A stretch of 64,000 nucleotides of DNA from Dehalococcoidia bacterium (GCA_050011565.1 JBEKIW010000001.1:416001-480000), one strand, 5' to 3'. Positions 1 through 10,291 are shown, numbered from the stretch's first letter. Numbers and translations are program-made. Notes: a model not told the origin generated them from the sequence alone.

Positions 1-794
1 GGCAAGTGACTAACCTCTTTAATTGAAAGTATAGCGCTTAAATCCAGTGTGTTCCTGGTATTATCGGAGAAAGTCCTGATTCCACGTTCGCAGAGAATAA
101 TCTGGGCATTCCCCTCAGCCATGATGTATTCGGCCGACATTAGTAATTCTTCAATCGTAGCCGCGAAACCTCGCTTCAGCAGGATTGGCTTGGTGGTGTG
201 TCCAGCTTGGCGGAGCAAAGAATAATTTTGCATGTTCCTGGCTCCGATTTGAATAATGTCGGCGTATTGTTCAATGAGTTCGATGTTGGTGTGGTCAATA
301 GCCTCGGTTATAATAAGTAAACCTGTTTCTTCACGCACTTTATTGAGTATTTTTAATCCTTCTTCTCCCAGCCCTTGAAAGCTGTAGGGTGAGGTCCTGG
401 GTTTAAAGGCGCCACCACGAAAGACTTGAGCCCCATATTGTTTCACAAGATTAGCGATAGTAAGTGCCTGCTTCTCACTTTCTATGGCGCAGGGCCCGGC
501 CATAATTACTGGTTTCTCCCCACCGATCATAACGTTACCAATGGTTATTACTGTAGGCTGTGGATGCGTTTCTCTGCTTACAAGCTTATAAGGTTTCGTT
601 ACACGGATAGTTTCTTTCACGCCATCCAGAGCAAGTAGGCACGAGTCTTCAACCAGCCCTTGGTTTCCTACTATACAGACAGCGGTGCGCTGGGCGCCCG
701 GTATAGAAATACCACGGTAGCCCAAGGTTTCAATTTCACGTATAACCGCTTTCACTTGCTCTTCTGTTGCATCGTTTTTCATGATAACAAGCAT
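1..794 (-). CDS. aroF: 3-deoxy-7-phosphoheptulonate (DAHP) synthase, type I-beta with N-terminal regulatory domain; runs off window start
   Basis: Manual translation from ATG at 794: MLVIMKNDATEEQVKAV...IMAGPCAIES...FRGGAFKPRTSPYSFQGLG...QIGARNMQN; RBS AGGGGGAG upstream; absent from ORF track because truncated. Confidence 0.92.
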   Translation of the reverse strand, partial: MLVIMKNDATEEQVKAVIREIETLGYRGISIPGAQRTAVCIVGNQGLVEDSCLLALDGVKETIRVTKPYKLVSRETHPQPTVITIGNVMIGGEKPVIMAGPCAIESEKQALTIANLVKQYGAQVFRGGAFKPRTSPYSFQGLGEEGLKILNKVREETGLLIITEAIDHTNIELIEQYADIIQIGARNMQNYSLLRQAGHTTKPILLKRGFAATIEELLMSAEYIMAEGNAQIILCERGIRTFSDNTRNTLDLSAILSIKEVSHL

Positions 795-828
795 AGGATT
801 ATCTCCCCCTGTATGTAATCTCTACCAT

Positions 829-1479
829 TCATTTTGATGCTGTCCTCACTGCCTTAATGAATGCCTCGATTTTGGCTGTGTCTTTTTGGCCGCCGGTCTC
901 CACGCCGCTGGAGACGTCAACCCCCCAGGGCTGAGTTTTCTTGACCAGTCGACCGACATTCGTTGCGGTCAGTCCTCCGGCGATAAGTAAGGGAAACCTG
1001 GCGGATATTTTCCTGGCTAATTTCCAGTCGAAAGCCTGACCAGTCCCGCCGTAAGTGTCTCCCACCTTTGAATCAAGAAGGCAGATAAGATTCTTTTGGG
1101 GCAACAGCCGATAACCGATAGCTATTTCAGAGATGATTTCATCCGCAGTACTGGTATTTGAAACATGGACAGCTTTGATAATCGGTCGCTCAATCTTTTG
1201 GCAGTAATCCCAATTTTCGTCGCCGCTGAGCTGTACCCGGTCCAGACGGCAATAGTCGGCGATGCGGTTTATTTCATCGGCTGTTGAATTGACGAAGATG
1301 CCAACCATGGCTGGACGGGTCTTTACATGGCAAACTGCTTCAACTAGTTGCAGTGCCTTTTTAATAGAGACCTGCCGCCGGCTGGGAGCAAAGACCAGCC
1401 CCAGGAAGTCAGCGCCGGCTTCGGCTGCTGCTAAAACATGCTGTATCTCGGACAGACCGCAAATCTTAATCCTGGTCAC
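829..1479 (-). CDS. trpF: phosphoribosylanthranilate isomerase
   Basis: IKICGL, GGTGQAFDW, AGGL, GVDVSSGVE motifs. Confidence 0.96.
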   Translation of the reverse strand: MTRIKICGLSEIQHVLAAAEAGADFLGLVFAPSRRQVSIKKALQLVEAVCHVKTRPAMVGIFVNSTADEINRIADYCRLDRVQLSGDENWDYCQKIERPIIKAVHVSNTSTADEIISEIAIGYRLLPQKNLICLLDSKVGDTYGGTGQAFDWKLARKISARFPLLIAGGLTATNVGRLVKKTQPWGVDVSSGVETGGQKDTAKIEAFIKAVRTASK

Positions 1480-2249
1480 AATAGCTCTCTCATCCTGGCG
1501 GCTATATCAGGTGCCGACATTAGAGATTCACCGATAAGAACCGCATCGATGCCTAACCGGCTCAACTTCTCTATATCGGTTCGCTCTTTTATGCCGCTTT
1601 CGCTGACCACTATCCGCTCCGGTGGAATAAGTGGCCGTAACCTCTCGGTGGTGGCCATATCCACGCTAAAGGTGTTCAAATCACGGTTATTGATGCCGAT
1701 AATCTTCGCCCCGCTGTTCAGTGCAATTTCGACCTCGGCTTTATTATGCACCTCTACCAGGCAGCTCATATTCAATTGATGGCTTATCCGGAGCAACTCC
1801 TGTAATTTCTCCGGCTCTAGTATAGCCACGATGAGAAGCAGGCTGTCGGCGCCATAAGCCCGCGACTCGTAAATCTGGTATGGGTCGAAGATGAAGTCCT
1901 TTCTCAGCAGAGGCAGCTTGTCGGGCAGTGCCTTCCTGATATTTTTAAGGTGGTCAAGGCTGCCTTGGAAGTGTTTAGCCTCGGTTAGTACCGATATCGC
2001 CGCGGCACCGTTGCCGGCATATATTTTAGCTATCTCTACCGGGTCGAAGTCTTGTCGAATAACGCCCCGGGATGGAGACGCTTTCTTGACCTCGGCAATA
2101 AGCCGAATACTATCGCCTCGTAAGGCCGAAGCCAAGTCTTGCGCTGGAGATTGCTCCGACGTCAGTCTCTGCAGCGCGGCCATAGGTAGTCGGCGCTTTT
2201 TGTCTTCCAGCCCTAGTAGATTGTGCGACACTATCCGGTCTAAAATCAT
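1476..2249 (-). CDS. trpC: indole-3-glycerol phosphate synthase
   Basis: IAEVKKASPS, LRKDFI, GINNRDL, VSESGI motifs. Confidence 0.97.
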   Translation of the reverse strand: MILDRIVSHNLLGLEDKKRRLPMAALQRLTSEQSPAQDLASALRGDSIRLIAEVKKASPSRGVIRQDFDPVEIAKIYAGNGAAAISVLTEAKHFQGSLDHLKNIRKALPDKLPLLRKDFIFDPYQIYESRAYGADSLLLIVAILEPEKLQELLRISHQLNMSCLVEVHNKAEVEIALNSGAKIIGINNRDLNTFSVDMATTERLRPLIPPERIVVSESGIKERTDIEKLSRLGIDAVLIGESLMSAPDIAARMRELL

Positions 2250-2254
2250 TATCC

Positions 2255-3268
2255 TTAACTCAAATTCTGGCTGAGCTCGATTAGCTGTTCTAATTTGTTC
2301 AAGGCATAGCCGCTGTCTATTGTCTTCTGTGCCAGTTCTACCCCTCGTCGAAGCGTTTCCACTTTATCCCCGGCTAAAAGAACTGCTGCTGTGTTCATCA
2401 GCACTGCGTCCATTTGCGGGCCTGTGACACCAGCCAGTATATTGCGGAGCATCTCGGCGTTCTCTTTAGCATTGCCGCCCTTCAAGCTATCTGAACCGGC
2501 ACAGGTCAAACCAATGTCCTCGGGAATGATAGTATAGTTTACGATATGACCGCCTTTTAGTTCGCAGACGTGAGTTTTCCCTGAGACGGTAATTTCATCT
2601 AAGCCATCCTCACCGTGTACTACCAGAGCATGATGACAGCCAAGGCGTTGAAGTGCCAGCGCCATTTTCTCTACCAGAGACTCATCGGCTACGCCCAGCA
2701 CCTGAACTTTGGCTCCAGCCGGGTTGGTAAGCGGCCCGAGTATATTAAAGACGGTGCGAATTCCGATTTCGCGCCGTGGAACCGCCGCGTATTTCATAGC
2801 CGGATGGAATGCCGGGGCGAACATGAAACCGATGCCTATTTCCTGCAGACATCTCTGCACTTGTTCAGCGTTGAGGTCAATCTTAACACCTAGAGTCTCC
2901 AGTACATCGGCACTGCCGCACTGGCTGCTCATGGCGCGATTGCCGTGTTTGGCCACCTTAAGCCCGGCTCCGGCAGCCACAAAGGCGGCGGTCGTGGAGA
3001 TATTGAAAGTATGCGAGCCGTCACCGCCGGTTCCGCAGGTATCCACAACCGGCTCGTCTATAATCACCGCAATCGCCCTGGCTCGCATCGTCCTGGCTAA
3101 GCCTACGATTTCGTCCACCGTTTCCCCTTTAAGTCTAAGCGCCGTGACAAAGGCGCCGAACTGGGCTGGCGTAGCCTCGCCCTGCATTATCTCCTCCATG
3201 ACCTTTGCTGCGTCATCCGCAGCCAGCGAGCGTCCGGACACTAAAGCTGCAATAGCTTCCTTAATCAT
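2255..3268 (-). CDS. trpD: anthranilate phosphoribosyltransferase
   Basis: DTCGTGGDG, FNIST, KHGNR, GSADVLE motifs. Confidence 0.97.
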   Translation of the reverse strand: MIKEAIAALVSGRSLAADDAAKVMEEIMQGEATPAQFGAFVTALRLKGETVDEIVGLARTMRARAIAVIIDEPVVDTCGTGGDGSHTFNISTTAAFVAAGAGLKVAKHGNRAMSSQCGSADVLETLGVKIDLNAEQVQRCLQEIGIGFMFAPAFHPAMKYAAVPRREIGIRTVFNILGPLTNPAGAKVQVLGVADESLVEKMALALQRLGCHHALVVHGEDGLDEITVSGKTHVCELKGGHIVNYTIIPEDIGLTCAGSDSLKGGNAKENAEMLRNILAGVTGPQMDAVLMNTAAVLLAGDKVETLRRGVELAQKTIDSGYALNKLEQLIELSQNLS

Positions 3269-3275
3269 GTTATGC

Positions 3276-3842
3276 TCATCCTCCCTTTAAAAAATTCCTC
3301 AGTATATCCTTTCCACCCTGAGTCATAAATGATTCAGGGTGAAACTGGACTCCTTCTACCGGGTATTGACGGTGTCTAAGGCCCATTATGGTGCCGTCAT
3401 CTGTCCAGGCGGTTATTTCCAGACAATCGGGTAGTCCCTCACGATAGACCACCAGTGAGTGATAGCGAATGGCAGAGAATGGATTAGGTAAATCAGCCAG
3501 AACCCCCTGGCTGCTGTGGTGTATGAGCGAAGACTTACCGTGCATTATCTGGCTGGCTTGCCCCACGAAGGCGCCGTAGCTGTAGCCGATGCACTGGTGT
3601 CCCAGACAGACGCCGAGCACGGGTAACCTGGAACCGAAATGACGGATAACCTCGTTGGAGATTCCGGCCTGCAGCGGTGTAGACGGGCCGGGGGAGATAA
3701 CTATATAGCTGGGTTTCATGCTCTCAATCTCATCGAGAGTCGTCTTGTCGTTGCGTACCACTACCACAGTCTCACCCAGTTCACTCAGGTACTGAAAAAG
3801 GTTGTAAGTGAAGCTGTCGTAGTTATCAATCAACAACAGCAT
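3276..3842 (-). CDS. trpG: anthranilate synthase component II (glutamine amidotransferase)
   Basis: IDNYDSFTYN, SPGP, GVCLGHQ, QFHPES motifs. Confidence 0.96.
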   Translation of the reverse strand: MLLLIDNYDSFTYNLFQYLSELGETVVVVRNDKTTLDEIESMKPSYIVISPGPSTPLQAGISNEVIRHFGSRLPVLGVCLGHQCIGYSYGAFVGQASQIMHGKSSLIHHSSQGVLADLPNPFSAIRYHSLVVYREGLPDCLEITAWTDDGTIMGLRHRQYPVEGVQFHPESFMTQGGKDILRNFLKGG

Positions 3843-5295
3843 GGTTCCCCCTGTTTGTCCCAGCCGTACTCTCCGCCTGGTCGATAGCTTTGAGCAGTGC
3901 CTGAGCCTTGTTCATAGTCTCCTGGTACTCATGTTCCGGTATGCTGTCGTAAACAACTCCACATCCTGCCTGGACATAGGCAACACCCTGGCTCACTATC
4001 ATAGTTCTGATGGCTATAGCCATATCCATGTTGCCCGAGAATGAGAAATAACCGGCAGCCCCGGCGTAAGGTCCTCTTTTTTCAGGTTCGAGCTCGGCGA
4101 TTATTTCCATGGCCCGGATTTTCGGAGCCCCGGAGACAGTACCTGCAGGGAAGCAAGCCTGCAGAGCATCGAAGATATTCAGGTCGTGCCTCAGTTTGCC
4201 CTGCACGTGCGTGACCAGGTGCATCACGTGGGAGTATCGTTCCACATCCATCAGGTCGCTGACCTCGACCGTGCCCGGCTCACTGACGCGGCCGATATCG
4301 TTGCGCCCCAGGTCGACCAGCATGATGTGCTCGGCACGCTCCTTTTCATCGCTGCGGAGTTCCTGCTCCAAAACAGTATCTTCAGCAAGGTCTTTCCCTC
4401 TCCGCCTGGTGCCGGCTAGAGGACGGGTCATCACCATGCCGTCCTCTACTCTCACCAGAATCTCAGGGGAGGCCCCGATAATGTGAAAGTCGTTGAAATC
4501 CAGGAAGAACATATATGGCGAAGGGTTCAGAGAGCGTAGCGCCCTGTAAATCTCGAATGGAGCAGCGTCTACAGGCTGTGCCAGGCGCTGGGATAGCACT
4601 ACTTGAATGGCTTCGCCGGCGGTGATATATCGCTTTATTTTCTCCACGCCGGCTTCAAATTCCCCTTTGGAAAAGTTTGAAGAAAGAGTGTTGTTTCCGT
4701 GAGGAGCAGGTGGCTTTACATAATGTCTTGGCTTAAGTGGCTGGCTTAGTCTGTCTGCCAGGTTCTCAATTCTGTCTACTGCCTTTTGGTATTCCTCCTC
4801 TATGTCTCCATCGAGATGGACGTGGCTCAGGACCTTAATCTTATGGGTAACGTGGTCAAAGACAAGCATGGTATCCACGAACATAAACAGCGCTTCCGGC
4901 AATCCCAGTGGGTCAGTGGCAGGGGAAGGCAACTCCTCGAACCGGCTGGCCACCTCATAGCCAAGATAGCCCACGGCGCCGCCGCAAAATCTGGGGAGGT
5001 CGGTAACCGGCACCATTTTGTATTTCTTTAGCTCTTCAGCGATAAGCGGCAGGGGATTGGTTTTATCCTCAGCTTTGGTAGCCAGCACTCGGTACGGCTC
5101 GGTACCTATGAAGCTATAGCGAGCCAGCCGCTCACCGCCTTCGACGCTTTCCAGCAGGAAAGAATAACCGCCGCGACTAATCTTCAGGAATGCGGAGACA
5201 GGCGTTTCCAGGTCGGCCACGATTTCACGGTAAACCGGTATTAACGTGCCTTCGCCCTGGCGCTTTTTAACTTCTTCCAACGTAGGATAATACAT
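3826..5295 (-). CDS. trpE: anthranilate synthase component I
   Basis: LLESVEGGE, NPSPYM, RPLAGT, EHIMLVDLGRND, PAGTVSGAPK motifs. Confidence 0.97.
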   Translation of the reverse strand: MYYPTLEEVKKRQGEGTLIPVYREIVADLETPVSAFLKISRGGYSFLLESVEGGERLARYSFIGTEPYRVLATKAEDKTNPLPLIAEELKKYKMVPVTDLPRFCGGAVGYLGYEVASRFEELPSPATDPLGLPEALFMFVDTMLVFDHVTHKIKVLSHVHLDGDIEEEYQKAVDRIENLADRLSQPLKPRHYVKPPAPHGNNTLSSNFSKGEFEAGVEKIKRYITAGEAIQVVLSQRLAQPVDAAPFEIYRALRSLNPSPYMFFLDFNDFHIIGASPEILVRVEDGMVMTRPLAGTRRRGKDLAEDTVLEQELRSDEKERAEHIMLVDLGRNDIGRVSEPGTVEVSDLMDVERYSHVMHLVTHVQGKLRHDLNIFDALQACFPAGTVSGAPKIRAMEIIAELEPEKRGPYAGAAGYFSFSGNMDMAIAIRTMIVSQGVAYVQAGCGVVYDSIPEHEYQETMNKAQALLKAIDQAESTAGTNRGNHAVVD

Positions 5296-5319
5296 ATTAG
5301 CCTCCGGGTATTCCCGAAA

Positions 5320-5615
5320 TAAAAAAACCTCTCGCCATAGGGGCGAGAGGTTTTGCTTCGCGGTACCACCCTAATTGATTGCCGTTACTTTGAGGCAATC
5401 ATCTCATTCAGGTACGGCTTCAATATTTTTGAAACGATACCCTGGGCTCTGATAACGGTGCCCGTTCCGTCAACGCCTACTCGGGCAAGTCCCTTTCGGT
5501 TCGCGGCTCCCGAGTCCATTCAGTCTCTGCGCTAGCACCGGCTCACACCTTACCCGGCTCTCTGAGCCCCGCTGGAGACCTACTAGTCTCGCTCTCAGCC
5601 TTTACAGTATTCAGT
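5320..5615 (-). ncRNA. T-box leader (tryptophan-specific, transcriptional attenuator)
   Basis: Minus strand: AGAGA box, specifier GAA-TGG-AC (TGG at 5516-5518), T-box AATTAGGGTGGTACCGCG (5359-5376), then hairpin AAAACCTCTCGCC/GGCGAGAGGTTTT plus U-tract just before trpE. Confidence 0.93.
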
Positions 5616-5623
5616 TATTTTCT

Positions 5624-5652
5624 AATATAACAGCCTGCCTTTTCTTTGTCAA
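5624..5652 (-). promoter_or_regulatory. sigma70-type promoter of the trp leader
   Basis: TTGACA-17 nt-TATATT directly upstream of the T-box. Confidence 0.75.
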
Positions 5653-5724
5653 GCTGCAAAGCTTAATTGGGCCTGCTGTTAACAAAAGGCGAATAATGCT
5701 GCTTACCCGGACTGCCACTTTTAC

Positions 5725-5868
5725 TTAACGAAGAGCCAAAAGAGCCAAAATACCGATCACAATTAGGTAAATACCAACGATCCACGGCAACAAGCTGGGT
5801 ATAAAGATGATCAAGATACCTGCTATTATGGATAGTATCCCCATTACCAAACCACTTACTTTAGGCAT
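5725..5868 (-). CDS. small membrane protein, DUF3096-like (47 aa)
   Basis: MPKVSGLVMGILSIIAGILIIFIPSLLPWIVGIYLIVIGILALLALR; strong RBS AAAGGAGG; below ORF-track cutoff. Confidence 0.8.
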   Translation of the reverse strand: MPKVSGLVMGILSIIAGILIIFIPSLLPWIVGIYLIVIGILALLALR

Positions 5869-6039
5869 GATAAAACTCCTCCTTTCAAATAGATTAGACA
5901 TATGTTAAATGGCTAAGAATGTAATAGTCATATAATTCAGTAAAAAGATATTAAAAAGTTATGACAATTTTGGATTGTTTCTAACCGTGATTGAGGATAC
6001 TATTGAAGACTTGGTGGACAGGGGTTTTCTTGAAAATAT

Positions 6040-6789
6040 TCAGGGCTGGGATTTTTTTAAAATATAGCCCATTTTAGTGACGGTAAGAATGATTTGGGGA
6101 TCATCGGGTTTCTCTTCGATTTTACGTCTCAGACGGCTAATCCATGTCCTGAGGAATTGAACGTCATCACGATATTCAGTCCCCCAGACGCGGACTAAAA
6201 GCTCCTCATAGGTCAGGAGATGGTCGGCATTTAATGCTAATTCGCTGAGCAAGAGCCATTCGATCCGAGTTAAGTATATTATGTTGCCTCTAACCATTAC
6301 CTTATGTGCCTTGAAATCGATGGTTATATCGCCCAAAGAAAGCTCATCTGGAATTTTAGGTTCGTTGGGTCTAAACCTACGCATCACTGCTTCAATTCTG
6401 GATACCAGTTCATCAGGACTAAAAGGCTTTGGTATATAGTCATCGGCCCCCATATCAAGCCCTGTTATTTTGTCACGTTCATTTCCCTTGGCGCTGAGAA
6501 ATATGACAGGTACCATTGAAAAACCACGTATCTCTTTAAGTACATCAAGCCCATTCATTCCAGGCATGAGTATGTCAAGCAAGATCAGGTCGGGATGGCT
6601 GGCATGAAACTGCTCTAAAGCCTCGAGGCCGTTGCTCGCAGTTACCACTTCATATCCCTGTGCTCTCAGGTTTGACTTGAGAAATTTTAAAATCCGTATC
6701 TCGTCGTCAACCACCAGTAATCGGCACTTTTTCAAAATCTGTTTTCGACTGACCATCGTACCTGCTATAATAATATTCAGATTGAACAA
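6040..6789 (-). CDS. OmpR/KdpE-family response regulator (true start probably a few codons downstream)
   Basis: LVVDDE, LLDILMP, GADDYIPKPF receiver domain plus winged-helix C-terminus (ISRLRRKIE). Confidence 0.92.
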   Translation of the reverse strand: MFNLNIIIAGTMVSRKQILKKCRLLVVDDEIRILKFLKSNLRAQGYEVVTASNGLEALEQFHASHPDLILLDILMPGMNGLDVLKEIRGFSMVPVIFLSAKGNERDKITGLDMGADDYIPKPFSPDELVSRIEAVMRRFRPNEPKIPDELSLGDITIDFKAHKVMVRGNIIYLTRIEWLLLSELALNADHLLTYEELLVRVWGTEYRDDVQFLRTWISRLRRKIEEKPDDPQIILTVTKMGYILKKSQP

Positions 6790-6904
6790 ATGTCAAGATA
6801 CGTGCTGTTGACAAATATTGAGCTATATCATATAAATTAGTTATGCGCGGAAATGTCAGGCAGGTTCGAGCCATCACAACTGGCATTATGGTGGGAGTCA
6901 TGAT

Positions 6905-8443
6905 ATGAAAGATAGCCAAAAAACAAAAGCTCAACTTATTAACGAACTGGAAGTAATGCGCCAGAAGATTAAAAAAAAGGACATAGCAAAAACCAGGAGT
7001 GATAGTGCAAAGCAACGTTTGAAGTATTCTGAAATTCGCTATAGACGCCTTTTTGAAACAGCACAGGATGGGATATTGATTCTCGATGCAGAAACTGGTC
7101 AAATAACAGATGTCAATCCGTTTCTGATGGACATGCTGGGATATCCCCACAAGGAATTTATGGGAAAGAGGCTTTGGGAGATAGGACCATTCAAAGACGT
7201 TGCGGCAAGTAAAACCGCCTATCGAGAATTGCAGGAGAAAGAATACGTTCGTTATGAGAATTTACCACTTGAAACCAGGGACAAACGTCAAATCCAGGTT
7301 GAATTTGTATCCAATATATATAAAGTCAATCATTCCCGCGTTATCCAGTGCAACATCCGCGATATAACAGCACGCAAACAGATTGAAAGGCAGCTGAGAT
7401 TTCATGCAGAGGTCCTCGACCAGATTAGTGATGCGGTAGTTGTCATTGATAATAAGCGCATAGTAAATTACTGGAATAAAGGTGCAGAACGACTGTATGG
7501 CTTAAGTGAGGAGGAGGCGTCTGGACAGCCTGTAGGGGAACTTTATCAAGATCTCTGGTTGAAACCCGAAGATGAGCAGGCTTCAGTACAAGCATTGGAA
7601 ACAAGAGGGTTTTGGTCAGGAGACAATATACATATAAAGCGAGATGGAGTGCGGTTATATGTTCAGTCATCAGTAAGCACGATAAAAGACAAGAACGGCA
7701 AGGTAATAGGGATGCTGGCCGTTATCCGTGACGTCACCGGGCGCACAGAATTAGACCTTTTGAAAGACGAGTTCATCGGCCTGGTATCACACGAAATGCG
7801 CACACCGCTGACGGTTATTATAGGATGCCTCAATACAGCCCTGGGCAAGGGTGAACTCCTTCCTAAGGATGAGATAAACGAACTTCTTAACGATGCCTAT
7901 TGCGAGGCTGTCTCGTTGTCTCACATTCTAGAGAATCTGCTTGAACTTTCCCGCACGCAGGCCAAACGGTTATTGCTTTACCCCGAGCCAATGAGAATTG
8001 AGAAGCTGGCAGAGGATGTGGTTAAGGAATTCAAGGGACAATCTGCGCACCAGTTTATACTGGATTTTCCCAGCGAGATACCGCCGCTAGAAGCCGATAC
8101 GTTACGAGTCAGGCGGATATTATACAATTTGGTACAAAATGCGGTTAAGTATTCACCCGCTGGAAGCAAGATAAAGGTCTTCGCCAGGCAGGAGCCGGAT
8201 AGTCTGGTTATCGGTGTCAGAGATCAGGGTAGCGGTATATCTGCTACGGATCAGACCAGGCTTTTTCATTCTTTTCAGCGGTTGGGGATAGAGCCATCCG
8301 GTGAGATTAAAGGAATCGGATTAGGACTCATGGTGTGCCTGCGCCTGGTGGAAGCTCATGGTGGAAAAATCTGGGTTGAATCAGCGCCTGAGAAAGGCTC
8401 TACCTTCTACTTTAGCTTGCCTTTAATACATCGTGAGGGATAA
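6905..8443 (+). CDS. cytoplasmic PAS-PAS sensor histidine kinase
   Basis: Two PAS/PAC domains, H-box VSHEMRTPL, N-box NLVQNAVKYS, G-boxes DQGSGI/GIGLGL; no TM segment. Confidence 0.93.
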   Translation: MKDSQKTKAQLINELEVMRQKIKKKDIAKTRSDSAKQRLKYSEIRYRRLFETAQDGILILDAETGQITDVNPFLMDMLGYPHKEFMGKRLWEIGPFKDVAASKTAYRELQEKEYVRYENLPLETRDKRQIQVEFVSNIYKVNHSRVIQCNIRDITARKQIERQLRFHAEVLDQISDAVVVIDNKRIVNYWNKGAERLYGLSEEEASGQPVGELYQDLWLKPEDEQASVQALETRGFWSGDNIHIKRDGVRLYVQSSVSTIKDKNGKVIGMLAVIRDVTGRTELDLLKDEFIGLVSHEMRTPLTVIIGCLNTALGKGELLPKDEINELLNDAYCEAVSLSHILENLLELSRTQAKRLLLYPEPMRIEKLAEDVVKEFKGQSAHQFILDFPSEIPPLEADTLRVRRILYNLVQNAVKYSPAGSKIKVFARQEPDSLVIGVRDQGSGISATDQTRLFHSFQRLGIEPSGEIKGIGLGLMVCLRLVEAHGGKIWVESAPEKGSTFYFSLPLIHREG

Positions 8444-8508
8444 GAGCATCTAACAAATTTCGCGTGTAACGTTCTATCTGCATCAGTACTTCTATCAGGT
8501 TAATTATC

Positions 8509-8677
8509 CCTGACGAGTATATTTCCACAAAAGACTTAGACCAGAGCCTGCTCCTGCGTTAAAAATATCATAACTATTTAATTTTTTACCTTCTTATTAT
8601 ATTACTAATCCATATCTTGCATGATAAGATTTTTATAATTGCTATTAGCGACTGACACGTCTCAATAACAGGCAGCA
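8509..8677 (+). repeat. ~170-bp upstream/promoter block, copy A
   Basis: Highly similar to 10096-10262 and 15448-15616 (CCTGACGAG...AAAAGACTTAGACCAGAGCCTGCTCC...GACTGACACGTCTCAATAACAGGC). Confidence 0.9.
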
Positions 8678-8815
8678 GTAAGAAAAGGTTTAAGAGGAGG
8701 TTAGAGTATTTAACGTAACGTATAAGAAGTTTTAGACAACTGTTAACAATACAAACAATACGAAGATTAAGGGCGTGTCGATGTCGCAGGCAGTATATTT
8801 TTGGAGGTGACTACA

Positions 8816-9775
8816 TTGAAAAGGTTTGTTTTTCTTTCTCTATCACTATTATTATTACTATTTCTCATCCCGGGTTGTTTAACAGTTCCATCAGTAGGAA
8901 CGCCACCGGTTATCATAGAATTTAGCAATAATCCATCTACCATTAATGCCGGTGACACGTCAATCTTGTTTTGGGCTGTTACCGGGGCTACATCGGTGAG
9001 TATAGACCAGGGTATAGGTCAGGTTAATGTTGCGGGGACCAGGGTAGTATCACCGACTGCATCCACTGTGTATACTATAAGTGCTACCAACTCTGCTGGT
9101 ACCATCACCAGATCAGCGGTGACTACTGTCAACTCAGCACCACTCCCCTTGCCTATGCCATTCGCGGTAACCAGTGTTATAGCCAATACTTCGCCATCAA
9201 GCTTCACCGGTGCTTGTCCCAAAACCTTCACCTTTTACGCTACTATCACTGCCAACGGTCCTGGCACAGTTACTTACAGGTGGGAAAGAAGCGATGGCGG
9301 ATATAGTGATATCCAAAGCATCACCTTTTACGCAGCCGGTACAAAAATAACAACATTGCAGTGGGAATTGAGTGGATCGGCTTCCGGTTGGCATCGTATC
9401 CACGTTTTGACTCCCTATGATGCAGCATCGAATCCGGTATATTACACACTCAACTGTAGTGCTGGCTCATTGGTGACAGGTATCATTGTGGGTGTTGATC
9501 AGTACCCATTCACCGGTCCTTGTCCCAAGACCATTCACTTTTGGGGAATTATCGCCGCCAATGGTCCTGGTACAGTTACTTACAGGTGGGAGAGAAGCGA
9601 TGGTGCTACTGATCCGGAGACCATCACCTTCACTGCCGCTGGCTCGCAGGCCGTCAGTAACCTATTGACACGTGGCGAAGGTACTGGATGGCAACGCCTC
9701 CATGTTCTCACGCCCAATGATGCGGTATCGAGTCAAATCGACTTTGTAGTGACGTGCTACGACCTGTCTCAATAG
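8816..9775 (+). CDS. lipoprotein, paralog 1: constant Ig/PKD-like domain plus two related Ig-like C-terminal domains
   Basis: TTG start after GGAGGT RBS; lipobox LIPGC; internal repeat FTGxCPKT...ANGPGTVTYRWERSDG...LTP twice. Confidence 0.8.
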   Translation: MKRFVFLSLSLLLLLFLIPGCLTVPSVGTPPVIIEFSNNPSTINAGDTSILFWAVTGATSVSIDQGIGQVNVAGTRVVSPTASTVYTISATNSAGTITRSAVTTVNSAPLPLPMPFAVTSVIANTSPSSFTGACPKTFTFYATITANGPGTVTYRWERSDGGYSDIQSITFYAAGTKITTLQWELSGSASGWHRIHVLTPYDAASNPVYYTLNCSAGSLVTGIIVGVDQYPFTGPCPKTIHFWGIIAANGPGTVTYRWERSDGATDPETITFTAAGSQAVSNLLTRGEGTGWQRLHVLTPNDAVSSQIDFVVTCYDLSQ

Positions 9776-9786
9776 AGGTAAAACAA

Positions 9787-9906
9787 ATGAAGTCATTTTT
9801 AGCTCCGATGAAAGGCGATTGGAAGACTAATTTTCTCTTCTGGTCGATGGTGGTCTGCAGCGGCCTTATCATATTTATGATGGTAACGCTCGTGAAGATA
9901 ATTTAA
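9787..9906 (+). CDS. putative single-TM small protein (39 aa)
   Basis: MKSFLAPMKGDWKTNFLFWSMVVCSGLIIFMMVTLVKII; AGAGGT RBS; followed by strong hairpin. Confidence 0.55.
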   Translation: MKSFLAPMKGDWKTNFLFWSMVVCSGLIIFMMVTLVKII

Positions 9907-9926
9907 TCATTGGTCAATTCTACTCT

Positions 9927-9968
9927 CAACAGGACAGGGCGCTGCGCACTCGGCGCCCTGTCCTGTTG
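9927..9968. terminator. 16-bp perfect stem-loop, probable terminator
   Basis: CAACAGGACAGGGCGC-10 nt loop-GCGCCCTGTCCTGTTG; U-tract weak. Confidence 0.55.
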
Positions 9969-10095
9969 TGGAGAGGATGGCGGCCACAAAGTCGTCTCCA
10001 ATGGCAGCAGCACAAATCTAATCAGCATTAAGGTGTTCAACTCCGCCATCAGTGAGCATAATTTGTCCTCGGTGTCGATCGTCCCTTTCATTATT

Positions 10096-10262
10096 CCTGA
10101 CGAGTATTTTTCCACAAAAGACTTAGACCAGAGCCTGCTCCTTCGTCAAATATCATAACTATTTAACTTTCTGCCTTCTTATTATATTACTAATCCATAT
10201 CTCGCATGATAAGATTTTTGTAATTGCTATTAGTGACTGACACGTCTCAATAACAGGCGGCA
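10096..10262 (+). repeat. ~170-bp upstream/promoter block, copy B
   Basis: Matches copies A and C. Confidence 0.9.
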
Positions 10263-10291
10263 ATCAATAATAAAGAAAGGAGAATTCACAA

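Noticed and set aside
1262-5031. Plus-strand ORFs overlapping trp genes, and similar antisense ORFs across the window (e.g. 14627-15331, 29429-30241, 59485-60267)
   Set aside because: Shadow frames of well-supported genes, with no motifs or RBS
5353-5535. 60-aa ORF upstream of trpE as a leader peptide
   Set aside because: Wrong strand; antisense to the T-box RNA
8480-8571. Doc/Fic-like N-terminus (MIFLTQEQALV) on the minus strand of the repeated block
   Set aside because: Stops after 11 codons and the frame differs in copy B; similarity too short to support
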